The notes below the pieces were generated by a model. The model saw nothing but the letters and a program-made list of their open reading frames with translations. It was not told the DNA's origin and did no database searches. Both the position numbers and the translations under genes were made by a program. Shown here piece after piece: positions 26,838 through 36,570 of a DNA stretch of 64,000 nt (position 1 is its first letter; each line of letters begins with the position of its first letter). Source of the stretch: a virus; the IMG/VR virus record IMGVR_UViG_3300012232_000011, positions 17,196 to 81,195 of that record; one strand, given 5' to 3'.

Positions 26838-27628
26838 AGATCACCGTCGCGATCCCCGTCGGTCCGTTCCCGGCGAACAAGCAATGGTTGCCCGAGTGCC
26901 TCGCGAGCGTCGCCGCACAGACGCGACAGGCGGACGAGGTTCTGCTGATCGACGATATGGCGGGCCTCGGAATGACCGACCTCAAGCCGCTCCGGATCGA
27001 CGGCGACCGCTGCACGGAAGGACCCGCCTTCATGGGGCACTCGGGATCGTTGTGCGTCACGCACCTTGAGCGCGTCGCCGCCGACAGGGACGAGGAATCC
27101 GCCGGAACGTGGTGGCGAACCTTCGCCCGGATCTGGCGGTCGCCGTGGCGGTTGGGCGTCGGCGCGGCCTTTAACGCCGGCGTGGGCCTCGCCTTCGGCG
27201 ATTGTGTGTTCATGCTCGGGAGCGACGACACGCTCGAACCTCAATGCCTGGCAATGTGCGAGGAGGAGTTTCACGCGATGCGCGGTGCCGACGCCTACTA
27301 CTACGTCGATCTGCGCTACAGCGACGGACGCCCGGATCAGTCCGTCCCGTGCAACGCGGCGATGGTTACGAAGGGCTTCTGGCGAAAGTCCGGCGGGTTC
27401 GCTCCGGAGTCCGGGTCGGGTGCGCCGGACGCCGCTCTGATCTCCGCGATGATGGTCAACGATCCGGACTCGCTCGTCCGCGTCCAATCGCCGTCGCCGC
27501 TGTACGTGTACCGGGTACACGAGGGCACCGACACGGCGGGGCGCGAGCGATGGCAGGGGATCATCCTCGAAACCCGGGACATACTCACCGAGACCTGGAC
27601 CGCGCCGAAGTGGGGGAGGGTGGTATGA
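26834..27628 (+). CDS. GT-A fold (GT2-like) glycosyltransferase
   Basis: ITVAIPVG..LPECLASVAAQT..EVLLIDD; LGSDD DxD-like motif. Confidence 0.8.
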   Translation: MKITVAIPVGPFPANKQWLPECLASVAAQTRQADEVLLIDDMAGLGMTDLKPLRIDGDRCTEGPAFMGHSGSLCVTHLERVAADRDEESAGTWWRTFARIWRSPWRLGVGAAFNAGVGLAFGDCVFMLGSDDTLEPQCLAMCEEEFHAMRGADAYYYVDLRYSDGRPDQSVPCNAAMVTKGFWRKSGGFAPESGSGAPDAALISAMMVNDPDSLVRVQSPSPLYVYRVHEGTDTAGRERWQGIILETRDILTETWTAPKWGRVV

Positions 27629-27825
27629 ACGTGAAGATGGCGGAGGCGTTGATCGAAGCGATAGACGCGCTGCGTTGGGATATCCGCGGCGTCGCCGCTT
27701 TGAGCGATCCCGGAACGGTCTTCAGCGACAACCCTCGCATCGCGGCGCGGGAGGCGTTCGCCAATTCGGACGCGAGCATGAAGCGTGCGCGACATCTGTT
27801 GAAATTGTTCGAGGCGAAGCAATGA
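27625..27825 (+). CDS. hypothetical protein
   Basis: MNVKMAEAL..., ATGA-coupled on both sides. Confidence 0.55.
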   Translation: MNVKMAEALIEAIDALRWDIRGVAALSDPGTVFSDNPRIAAREAFANSDASMKRARHLLKLFEAKQ

Positions 27826-28184
27826 TCATCGTTGGCGCGATCCTCGGGTTGATAGGAGCGGTCGGAATCGCCGCCCTGTTCGGGTACATCATCGGATGGC
27901 AGCTAGGGCGAGTCGAAGAGCGGGAGCGGATCGTCGCCTATGTGCAGTTGCGCTACCGGGTGCGCTTCCAGAAGTCGATGGGTCGCCCGGACAATATGGA
28001 GCAGGGATATCAGGACGCGCTCGGAGCGGTCGCCGATCAGATCGAAAGCGGACACGCCTCGCTGCATCGCGCTCGCTGGTACGAGTCCGCGCCGCCCGGC
28101 GGTGCGAAGGTGCTTCATCACGTCGACGACTCCTACGGCTCCGGCGTCGGGACGCCTCCGCCTAGCGAGCGACCGCCCCTATGA
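27822..28184 (+). CDS. membrane-anchored hypothetical protein
   Basis: N-terminal hydrophobic segment MIIVGAILGLIGAVGIAALFGYIIGW. Confidence 0.6.
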   Translation: MIIVGAILGLIGAVGIAALFGYIIGWQLGRVEERERIVAYVQLRYRVRFQKSMGRPDNMEQGYQDALGAVADQIESGHASLHRARWYESAPPGGAKVLHHVDDSYGSGVGTPPPSERPPL

Positions 28185-28783
28185 GTTGTCCAGCGCACGA
28201 CCTTGCGGACTCGCGCCGCCTGTTGACCCGCGAGGATGTCGATTGCCTGCAACGCCTCGCGCTCCGGCTCCCCGGGCGCGGCGTTGTGTTGGAGTTGGGC
28301 GCGGGTTCCGGGACGAGCGCACTCGCGATCCTCTGCGTGCGCCCCGACCTCATGATCGTGTCCGTCGATATCAGCGAAGAGGCGATCCATTCGACGGCGG
28401 AACTTTTGAGCAACGCCGCCGATCAACGCTTCATCATGCGCCCGGACACGTGCTGGCGCGGCGTGATCGCCGATTCGTGCGACGTCGTCGCCATCGCCGA
28501 TCCGATGGCCGATATCAAGTCGGGTACGCCGGACGCGCTGCTGATCGATTCCTCGCACGAACTCGAGGCAACCCGGCGCGAGCTGGACACGTGGCTCCCG
28601 GCGCTCCGCTCGCACGGGCACGTGTGGGCGCATGATTACGACGCGGCGGCGGCGGTAGCGCAGGGCATCGACGCGTATCCCGGCGTCGGCACCGCGATCG
28701 ATGAAGCGGTCGCTCTCGGGCGGCTCGTGACGGGCGGCGTCGAGGGCCTCGGCTGGTGGGGATGGACGCCGAAGCGACGATGA
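28181..28783 (+). CDS. class I SAM-dependent methyltransferase (Methyltransf_24-like)
   Basis: VLELGAGSG, VSVD, LLIDSSH and HDY motifs. Confidence 0.85.
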   Translation: MSCPAHDLADSRRLLTREDVDCLQRLALRLPGRGVVLELGAGSGTSALAILCVRPDLMIVSVDISEEAIHSTAELLSNAADQRFIMRPDTCWRGVIADSCDVVAIADPMADIKSGTPDALLIDSSHELEATRRELDTWLPALRSHGHVWAHDYDAAAAVAQGIDAYPGVGTAIDEAVALGRLVTGGVEGLGWWGWTPKRR

Positions 28784-28989
28784 ACAAACGCGAACCGCGC
28801 CCCGTGCTGAAGATCATCCTGACCGTGTTCGAGACGGGGGACTATGCGGAGGAACAAATCCGGCGCGACGTGCGACGCCTCGTTGGAGCGCGTGGCGCGA
28901 TCACCCGGTTGCTCGGGCACACGTACCTGCTCGACGTGGCGCCGCCGGGCGGTCGGTTGCAAGGCGACACGCAGACGGAGGCGCGATGA
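28780..28989 (+). CDS. hypothetical protein
   Basis: MNKREPRP..., ATGA-coupled. Confidence 0.5.
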   Translation: MNKREPRPVLKIILTVFETGDYAEEQIRRDVRRLVGARGAITRLLGHTYLLDVAPPGGRLQGDTQTEAR

Positions 28990-29705
28990 ACAACGAGCGA
29001 CCGCCGATCACTATCGTGGTCACGACCTATTTCCCGGACGGAGCGGAGGCACGGATCGCGACCGCGCTCCGCACGTTGGCGAGTTGGCGCGAGCATCTCC
29101 GGTACGAGGGCGAGATCAAGATCGAGATTTGCGACGATGATTCGCCCGAGGATATGTCGCTGCTCTTCCGTCGCGGTCTCGAAAGCGATCCGCCTGGCTA
29201 CTGGCGCGAATGGCGATGCTCGGGATCGACGCACCTTCGCGCCGGCGTCGGCTCGTCGCTGAACTCCGGCATCGCAACGTGCAAGGCGTCCGGCTCGCTC
29301 ATGCTGTACGCCGTCGACGACTGGCGGATCGATGCGCCCTTCGACCTCACGCCCTGGGCGGACGTGCTGATCGAAAACAGCACCGTCGGCTGCGTGCGCT
29401 TTTTCCCGCATCCGCACCTGCGCGGCGGTCGCATCCTGAACTTCCGAACAGGTTGGGCGGTTGAGTTCGAGCGCGTCGGATTCTATTGGGCGCAACGCCC
29501 CGCCCTGTACCACATGCGGTTTTTTGACTACTACGGCGGCTTTCCTGAGAACGTATCCGCGCTCGACGTGGACGAGATTTACAACGCGAACATATGCCAC
29601 GCGCACCCAATGTCCCCGAAGGTGATCCTCGCGCTCCCGCAAGCCTGGACGCCCGACGAATCCGATACGGTTCCCCTCGGACATCTCGTCCCGGAGCGAC
29701 GATGA
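28986..29705 (+). CDS. GT-A fold glycosyltransferase
   Basis: ITIVVTTY, ICDDDS, SLNSG and YAVDDW motifs; paralog of 30952..31656. Confidence 0.75.
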   Translation: MNNERPPITIVVTTYFPDGAEARIATALRTLASWREHLRYEGEIKIEICDDDSPEDMSLLFRRGLESDPPGYWREWRCSGSTHLRAGVGSSLNSGIATCKASGSLMLYAVDDWRIDAPFDLTPWADVLIENSTVGCVRFFPHPHLRGGRILNFRTGWAVEFERVGFYWAQRPALYHMRFFDYYGGFPENVSALDVDEIYNANICHAHPMSPKVILALPQAWTPDESDTVPLGHLVPERR

Positions 29706-30616
29706 AGCGCGGATACTCTGAGAAGATGGTCTACGCCGTGCGCGAATCCGAGAGCGAAAAACTCGGCCCGGTCGCGGCGACCTATGTGTCGCAAACATCG
29801 TGCCCCTCGTCCTGTCCCTTCCTGAACGGCGGCGGATGCTATGCGGAGAACGGACCCGTCGCCCTGGTAGCGACGAAACGCCTCAACGCTGCGACGCCGG
29901 AGGGTACTACGGCGGGGCAACTGGCCCGGATCGAGGCAAGAGCCATCGACGGGCTGCGGGGCGACCTGGACCTTCGGCTGCACGTTGTAGGGGACAGCAC
30001 GACGGAATGGGGGACGGTTCAGCTCGCGACCGCGTCGGAGGCGTACATGCGCCGGGGCGGTCGCCGCGTTTGGACATACACACACTCGTGGCGCACGGTT
30101 CCCCGCGTCGCATGGGGCGACGTGTCGGTACTGGCGAGTTGTGAGACGCCGGAGGAAGTCCGCGAGGCGGAGGCACTCGGGTACGCGACCGCCATCGTTG
30201 TCGACGCCCACGGAACCGACCGCGTACAGCTCATGGACGGACACAAGACCCTGCCCTGTCCGCAACAGACGCGGGGCGTCACGTGCGCCGAGTGCCGGAT
30301 CTGTACGGACGACCGCCGTCTACACGCCGCAGGGATTACGGTCGCGTTCGCGGCGCACGGCGGCACGACCTCCCGGAAGCGGGCCCTCGAGACCGTCGCT
30401 CGCCGCCGGGATGCGGAGGGAACCCGCGAGCGGCGCACGAACAAGGGCTGCTCGATCATCTGGTGCGACGAACAGCGCGAACGATTCTGCGGGACCTGCG
30501 CCCGTGGTTACTGTCTCGCGCACGTGTGCGATCAACACGAGATCCAGAACAAGGCGTACCGCGCAACGAACGGCGCGGCGGGAGTGACGCAGTACCGTCA
30601 CGAGATCACCCGATGA
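29702..30616 (+). CDS. Cys-rich putative Fe-S protein (phage Gp88-like/DUF7227-like)
   Basis: SCPSSCPF..GCYAE, LRLHVVGD, WTYTH, VLASCE and PCP..TCAECRIC motifs. Confidence 0.65.
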   Translation: MKRGYSEKMVYAVRESESEKLGPVAATYVSQTSCPSSCPFLNGGGCYAENGPVALVATKRLNAATPEGTTAGQLARIEARAIDGLRGDLDLRLHVVGDSTTEWGTVQLATASEAYMRRGGRRVWTYTHSWRTVPRVAWGDVSVLASCETPEEVREAEALGYATAIVVDAHGTDRVQLMDGHKTLPCPQQTRGVTCAECRICTDDRRLHAAGITVAFAAHGGTTSRKRALETVARRRDAEGTRERRTNKGCSIIWCDEQRERFCGTCARGYCLAHVCDQHEIQNKAYRATNGAAGVTQYRHEITR

Positions 30617-30921
30617 CGATTCCGCGCCTGGTGCGCGAGGAAGTGTTCGAGCGGGACCAATGGACGTGCCAATACTGTCTGAACAAACCGGCGAAGGTGA
30701 TCGATCACCTGGTACCGGGTGCGCTCCGCCGCTATCACCGACTGAACCACGACCGCGCTCCGGATTTCCTCACGGCATCCTGCGTCGATTGCAACCTCCG
30801 CAAACTCACACACCGACTCGTCCCGGCGAGCCGGGCGCATATGATCCCCCAACTCCCCGGCGCGAAGCCGTGGCGCGTATGGGACGGGACGCTCGCACAG
30901 TTTCGGCTGCTTGTCGCTTAG
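30613..30921 (+). CDS. HNH endonuclease
   Basis: REEVFERDQWTCQYC..IDHLVP..SCVDCNLRK. Confidence 0.85.
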   Translation: MTIPRLVREEVFERDQWTCQYCLNKPAKVIDHLVPGALRRYHRLNHDRAPDFLTASCVDCNLRKLTHRLVPASRAHMIPQLPGAKPWRVWDGTLAQFRLLVA

Positions 30922-30924
30922 TCG

Positions 30925-30933
30925 TGTTAGAAT
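30925..30933 (+). promoter_or_regulatory. extended -10 promoter candidate
   Basis: TG-T-TAGAAT in the gap after the HNH gene. Confidence 0.45.
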
Positions 30934-30951
30934 CTGGACGCGGAGGATAGC

Positions 30952-31656
30952 CTGGAACCGCTGGCGATCATGCTGTTGACGTGGGGAGGGATCCCCGAGC
31001 GCACCCTATACGCGGTGCGGACTCTCGATCATGTTCTCGCGAATCTCAAGCACGACGGCGATCTCCATCTGGTGATCGCCGACGATGGATCCCCGCCGGC
31101 GCACCTTCAGCGGTTGCTCGACGTGTCGGATCAGTATCGCGACAAACTGGCGAAGGTTCACCTGAGCAACTCGCACGGCGAAGGCTACGGGCGCAACTTC
31201 AACAATGCGACGGGCGTCGCGCACGAACACGCGGAATACATCCTGCCGCTAGAGGATGATTGGGAATTGAGCCGCGGACTCGATACCGCGCCCCTGATCG
31301 GTGCGCTTCAGGACGAGCGGATCGATTGCATCCGGCTCGGCTATCTCGGCTTCACCGCCGGGTTCCACGGCGACACGATCCACGCCGCCGATCAGACGTA
31401 TCTGCTCCTCGATCCCGAGTCGCCTGATCCGCACGTGTTCAGCGGACACCCGCGCCTGGAAACGCGCACCTGGGAACGGAAGGTTGGGCTGTGGCCCCTC
31501 GAACTGAACCCGGGCGCGACCGAATGGGAAGTGGCGCACCGCAAAGAAGCGCGACGCGGCGTCGTATGGCCGCTCGACCTGATACCCGCGAAGCCGGGCG
31601 CGGGATCTCTGTTTTCACACATTGGCACTGTGCAAGCTCGGAAGGATCAGCGATGA
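30952..31656 (+). CDS. GT-A fold glycosyltransferase (CTG start at 30952 or ATG at 30970)
   Basis: LVIADDGS, GRNFN and LEDDWEL motifs; GGAGG sits 5 nt before the CTG. Confidence 0.8.
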   Translation: MEPLAIMLLTWGGIPERTLYAVRTLDHVLANLKHDGDLHLVIADDGSPPAHLQRLLDVSDQYRDKLAKVHLSNSHGEGYGRNFNNATGVAHEHAEYILPLEDDWELSRGLDTAPLIGALQDERIDCIRLGYLGFTAGFHGDTIHAADQTYLLLDPESPDPHVFSGHPRLETRTWERKVGLWPLELNPGATEWEVAHRKEARRGVVWPLDLIPAKPGAGSLFSHIGTVQARKDQR

Positions 31657-31862
31657 AGGCCACGGAGCGAGCATGGGCAGCGGGATTCATCGACGGCGAA
31701 GGCTGCGTGAGAATCTCTCGCCGCCGCGCCAAAACGCGAGGATACGGCAACGTCGTCCATATGGCGGAAGTATCGGTGGCTCAGGTCGATCCGTCGCCCC
31801 TGATCAAACTGCAAGTACTCTACGGCGGACGGCTGCTACGGTCGAGAAAGGCGAGCGCGTGA
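31653..31862 (+). pseudogene. truncated LAGLIDADG homing endonuclease
   Basis: AWAAGFIDGEGCVRI..VSVAQ..L..LYGG, but only 69 aa, about half of a single-motif enzyme. Confidence 0.7.
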
Positions 31863-34800
31863 AAATTCATATGTTCCCGAAGTTTGGCGACCCGGACGAC
31901 GGCGACGGAGGGGTGCGCCGGGTTGTCGAAGGGCAACAGGAATCCCTGCTCGCGCTCGGGTACGAGTTCGTCGCGATGCCCGACGACGCCGACGTGATCG
32001 CGTCGCATATCGTGATCCCCGAGCCTTACGTCCGCCGCTTCCCCGACGCGCCGATGGTCGCCCACTGTCATGGGCTGTACTGGCACGAGTATTCGACCGA
32101 GCAGGGGAGCATGTGGCCCGCGTGGGCGTTGAAGGCGAACGAGGACGTCATGGAGGCGATCCGGATCGCCGATATCGTCACGGCACCGAGCGAATGGGTC
32201 GCGCAGTCCATCCGACGGGCGACCGCTCGCGACGTGCGCGTCGTCCCGCACGGCGTCAACGCGCACGAATGGACACACCGCACGGACCACGGCGGCTACG
32301 TGCTGTGGAACAAGAACCGCGCCGATCCCGTGTGCGACCCGGCGCCCGTCGCCGAAGTCGCCGCGTTGCTTCCGGACGTCTACTTCCGCTCGACGTTCGG
32401 GCAGGGCGCGGCGAACGTGCTGGTCACCGGGAAGCAACCATTCACCGAGGCGCGTGAGTCCGTCGAACGCGCCGCCGTGTACCTCGCGACAACTAGGGAG
32501 ACCTTCGGCGTCGGAACCCTCGAAGCCTTCGCCGCCGGCGTCCCCGTCGTGGGATGGTGGTGGGGAACCAATGCCGATCTGATCGATCACGGCGTCGACG
32601 GTTGGTTGTGTGCGCCCGGCGATTACGAGGGACTTGCGGAAGGAATCCGATGGGCCATCGCGAACCGCGAACAGCTCGCGCCAGCGTGCCGGGCGAAGGC
32701 GGAACAGTACCCGTGGAGCCGCGCTGCGTCGATGTACGCCGCGATCTACGAGGAAGCCTTCGCGATGCGCCACGCGGATCGCCCGAAGGTGTCGCTCGTC
32801 ATGCCGGCCTTCAACATGAAGGATTACATCGGCGACGCAATCCGTTCGGTGTTCGCGCAGACGCTCACCGATTGGGAGCTGGTGATCGTCGACGATGGAA
32901 GCACGGATGGAACTCGAGGCGTCGCCGTGCAAATCGCGGACGGCGACCCTCGGGTTCGGATCATGGCGAAAGAGAACGGCGGCGTCTCGCTCGCTCGCAA
33001 CTTCGGGATCGAAGCGTCGATGGGTCGATACGTGATCCAACTGGACGCCGACGATCAACTTCCGCCCGGTGCGCTTCAGGCGTTGTCGAGCGAGCTGGAC
33101 GCGAACCGAACGATCCACGGGGCGTATGGCAATGTGCTGTTCGTCAACGAGGACGGGCGCACGCCGACGGAATACCGGGTACAGGGCGAGACGCCAGGAC
33201 ACTCGGGATGGCCTCCGGAGTTTCGCTTTGATTGGCAACTCCGACCGCCGAGCGACGAAACGGGCGACCGTCCGCCCAACCTCGTGCCCTACGCCTGCAT
33301 GGTGCGCCGCGAGGCACTCGAAGCCGTCGGCATGTACCGCACGCGGCTCCAGACGGCGGAGGATCCGGATCTCTGGTGCAGGCTCGCGTCCTACGGCTTC
33401 CGGCTCCGGCGCGTCACGAACGCCGACTGCCTGATCTACCGCAACCGCGAGGGCAGCCTGTCCCGGACAACGCCGCCCGTCGATTGGTCGCTCTGGTATC
33501 CGTGGGCGCGGAACCCCGCCCTCGCGCCGGCGGGAGCCGACACCGAGCAGCAGCTTCCGGTGCTTTCCCTGGACCCGCCGCTGATCGCCGTCGTGATCCC
33601 CGTCGGCCCGGGCCACGCTCGATACCTGATGGACGCGATCGACTCCGTCGAAGCGCAAACGCTCCGCCAGTTCGAGGTGATCGTCGTCGCCGATCTTGCG
33701 GAGGAGGAATGGTTGCCGCCGCTCCCTTCATGGGTTCGCCTGTACCGGACGGAGAAGCGCGGCTCCGGCCCGGCGCACGCCCGGAACCTCGGGATCGCGC
33801 ACGCCCGGGCGCGGTTGTACCTACCGCTCGACGCGGACGATATGCTTCAGTCGGACGCGCTCGCCGCGCTGTATGCCGCGCACGTCGAAAGCGACGGCGC
33901 GATCATCTATTGCGACTGGTGGGAAGACCCGCACGCGCCCGGGGAATATCAGATATGGGAAACGAAGGAATGGCACCCGCCCGACCTGATCGGCAACGGC
34001 TCGATCCATTCCGTCACCGCGCTCACGCCCGTGTCCGTCTGGCAGCGGCTCGGCGGGTACGACGAGACGCTTTCAGGTTGGGAGGATTGGGCGTTTCAGA
34101 TCGCCTGCGCCGCTGAGTGCATCTGCTCGCAGCGGCTCGCGCTCCCGCTGTTCCTGTATCGCAAGCACACGGGATCCCGGCGGGAAGAGAACACCGCCAA
34201 CTTCGATCAGTCGGCGGCGGATATCCGGGCCAAGTTCGGCCAATACTGGACAGGAGGAAAGATCATGGGAGGCTGCGCGGGTTGTCAGAAGAGGGCGGCG
34301 CAATCGCCGCCGCAACAGGCGCAACAGATCGCGGAGGGTATGACGCTGTTGCGCTTCGTCGGATCGCGCTCTGGCTCCGTGCCCTGGAAAGGGAAGGCGA
34401 CGGGCGCGATCTACTTTTTCGGATCGGGCGAGGAGAAGTACGTCGCCAACGCGGATCTCGAAGCGACGCCGGCGTTTCAGACGCCGAACTTCGTGCGTGT
34501 GCAGGCTGGCGGGATGCCGAACGTAGACACGAACGCGCCGACGATCTCGACACCGCAACCGCAAGCGGCGGCGGTCGCCGCGATGCCCTCCGCCGCGTCG
34601 CGGGTCTTCGAGCGCGAGTTGCCGATGCTGGACACGAACGATCCGGCGTTGCGCTATGAGCCGCCGCCGTCGACCATGCCGCCGCCAATGCCGCCGCCGG
34701 ATCTCCCGCCAGCGGAAACGACAGCGGCGGATCCGCCAGCGATGATGCCGCCGAACACCGCGACACCGAACCCGAACAGCGGGCCTCCGCCGGGCTTCGC

Positions 34801-34981
34801 CGGATTCGATGCCGCGAAGACCGAGGAACCGCAGGGCGGCGACGCCGCCGCGTTCGACCAACTCGGGAGCGCGGGAGCGGGTGCCATCGAACAGGCGGTG
34901 GAGGGCGAGCTGCAGGACGAGGTTGTCGAGCGACCCGGGAAGGCTCCGTCGGCGCGGAAGACCGCGAAGCGGAGCCATTAG
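31859..34981 (+). CDS. tri-domain glycosyltransferase (GT-B/GT4 + two GT-A/GT2) with a Pro-rich C-terminal domain
   Basis: GTG start. ETFGVGTLEAFAAGVP (GT4); VSLVMPAFN..IVDDGS..LDADD (GT2); IAVVIPVG..LPLDADD..GWEDW (second GT2). Confidence 0.9.
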   Translation: MKIHMFPKFGDPDDGDGGVRRVVEGQQESLLALGYEFVAMPDDADVIASHIVIPEPYVRRFPDAPMVAHCHGLYWHEYSTEQGSMWPAWALKANEDVMEAIRIADIVTAPSEWVAQSIRRATARDVRVVPHGVNAHEWTHRTDHGGYVLWNKNRADPVCDPAPVAEVAALLPDVYFRSTFGQGAANVLVTGKQPFTEARESVERAAVYLATTRETFGVGTLEAFAAGVPVVGWWWGTNADLIDHGVDGWLCAPGDYEGLAEGIRWAIANREQLAPACRAKAEQYPWSRAASMYAAIYEEAFAMRHADRPKVSLVMPAFNMKDYIGDAIRSVFAQTLTDWELVIVDDGSTDGTRGVAVQIADGDPRVRIMAKENGGVSLARNFGIEASMGRYVIQLDADDQLPPGALQALSSELDANRTIHGAYGNVLFVNEDGRTPTEYRVQGETPGHSGWPPEFRFDWQLRPPSDETGDRPPNLVPYACMVRREALEAVGMYRTRLQTAEDPDLWCRLASYGFRLRRVTNADCLIYRNREGSLSRTTPPVDWSLWYPWARNPALAPAGADTEQQLPVLSLDPPLIAVVIPVGPGHARYLMDAIDSVEAQTLRQFEVIVVADLAEEEWLPPLPSWVRLYRTEKRGSGPAHARNLGIAHARARLYLPLDADDMLQSDALAALYAAHVESDGAIIYCDWWEDPHAPGEYQIWETKEWHPPDLIGNGSIHSVTALTPVSVWQRLGGYDETLSGWEDWAFQIACAAECICSQRLALPLFLYRKHTGSRREENTANFDQSAADIRAKFGQYWTGGKIMGGCAGCQKRAAQSPPQQAQQIAEGMTLLRFVGSRSGSVPWKGKATGAIYFFGSGEEKYVANADLEATPAFQTPNFVRVQAGGMPNVDTNAPTISTPQPQAAAVAAMPSAASRVFERELPMLDTNDPALRYEPPPSTMPPPMPPPDLPPAETTAADPPAMMPPNTATPNPNSGPPPGFAGFDAAKTEEPQGGDAAAFDQLGSAGAGAIEQAVEGELQDEVVERPGKAPSARKTAKRSH

Positions 34982-34983
34982 CG

Positions 34984-35292
34984 ATGGACGAAGCCTTCCG
35001 CGCCCTCGTGTGCGGCCTTGCCGCCTGGCGGCTCGGCTCGTTGCTCGCCTTCGAGAATGGCCCGTGGAACCTACTGGAATACGTCCGCCGCTATATGTTC
35101 GGGTTCCCGGACTCGGGCGAAATTACGGGCGTCCGTGCGCTGCTGATAACATGCCTCTGGTGTTCGACCGTTTGGTTCGCTCCGTTGTTCTGGATCGCGT
35201 GGGAGTGGCATCCCTGGATCCCCGGAGTGTTCGCAGCGATGGCGATCGCCGTCGCGTGTGAGACCTTCATCACCGGACGTGGCCGACACTAG
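34984..35292 (+). CDS. DUF1360-like membrane protein
   Basis: LAAWRL..LL..E.GP....VR...LLITCLWCSTVW pattern. Confidence 0.75.
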   Translation: MDEAFRALVCGLAAWRLGSLLAFENGPWNLLEYVRRYMFGFPDSGEITGVRALLITCLWCSTVWFAPLFWIAWEWHPWIPGVFAAMAIAVACETFITGRGRH

Positions 35293-35304
35293 GAGGGATC
35301 CGCG

Positions 35305-36570
35305 ATGGCTCGCGCCGGCATCCGCACGAAACTCCCGCTCGACACGTGGGCGAAACTCATGGGCGTTCACCCGTTGCACTTCAATCAGATCACGCTCGCC
35401 GGCGTCACCGACTCGCCGATGTGCGACAAGGCGTGGCTTCAACACGAGTGGCAAGGAATCGACCGCACCGGACGCGAGGCGGTTGCTTACTCGATCCAGA
35501 ACGCCGAGGCGATGCTTGAGGACTATCTCGGGTACTCACTGATCCCGACGTGGGAGATCGACGAGTGGCAAAAGATGCCGCGAGCGCGGCGCCCTGAATG
35601 GTTCAACCTCTCGGGCACGAACGTCCGCGGACAGCGGACGGCGGTACAGGCGGAGCGCGGCTATTTCATCATGCCCGGCGTTGAAGCGAAGGACCTGATC
35701 GAAGCGACCGCGCCGATCACTTACGACAATGACACCCTCGAGTTCGAGGACACCGGATACAGCGAGACCGCGACCGTCGGCGTCACCGTCGCCGAGGGCA
35801 CGCCGCCGTGCGAGCTGGCGGTCTACTACCCGGGACACGACGGCGACGACGCGTGGGAGATCCGCCCCGTGTCCGTCGAGATCGTCGGAACCGCCGCGAC
35901 GATCACCTTCCCGCGCTACATGGCGGTCGAAGAGGAATTGCTAGAAGCGATACACCCGGGCGACGTTGAAGGAACCGACGACGACAACTTCCTCGAAGCC
36001 GTCGACGTGTATCGTCACTTCAACGATCCGCGCACGCAGGGGATCCTCATGTGGGAGGGCGGCGTGTGCGGGTGCCTGTCCGGTACGTGTTCGGCGTGCA
36101 ACTTCTCCGTGCAGACCGCGTGTCTGTTCTCACGCGACGAGCCGCGCAACTCGTTCGTCGTCTGGAATCCCGCGGAATGGAACGAGGACGATCTCGCGTT
36201 CCGCTCGTCCGGGATGGATATCGGACGGCAACCCGACGTGATCCGCCTGAACTATCTCGCCGGCTGGCGCGACCGCCGCGCCGCGTGTCCCGATCAAATG
36301 GACAACCTCATGGCGCGAGCTGTTGCCAACCTCGCGGCGGGTCTCCTGGACCGACCGCCGTGCGGGTGCGCCGCCCTGGAAGAGCGGATCAATCGCTGGC
36401 GGCGCGACTTCGCTTTCGACAACGGAGCAGAGGAACTCTCGAAGTTTCAGATCGCGCCCCGCGATCTAGAGAACCCGTTCGGCACGACCGCCGGGGCGAT
36501 CTACGCATGGCGATGGGCCAACGGGCGGACGGTCGCTCCGCCAATCGTGAAAGCGGCGATGCATGCCTAG
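35305..36570 (+). CDS. putative head-tail connector/neck protein
   Basis: 421 aa, upstream of the tail genes; IRLNYLAG motif typical of adaptor proteins. Confidence 0.5.
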   Translation: MARAGIRTKLPLDTWAKLMGVHPLHFNQITLAGVTDSPMCDKAWLQHEWQGIDRTGREAVAYSIQNAEAMLEDYLGYSLIPTWEIDEWQKMPRARRPEWFNLSGTNVRGQRTAVQAERGYFIMPGVEAKDLIEATAPITYDNDTLEFEDTGYSETATVGVTVAEGTPPCELAVYYPGHDGDDAWEIRPVSVEIVGTAATITFPRYMAVEEELLEAIHPGDVEGTDDDNFLEAVDVYRHFNDPRTQGILMWEGGVCGCLSGTCSACNFSVQTACLFSRDEPRNSFVVWNPAEWNEDDLAFRSSGMDIGRQPDVIRLNYLAGWRDRRAACPDQMDNLMARAVANLAAGLLDRPPCGCAALEERINRWRRDFAFDNGAEELSKFQIAPRDLENPFGTTAGAIYAWRWANGRTVAPPIVKAAMHA

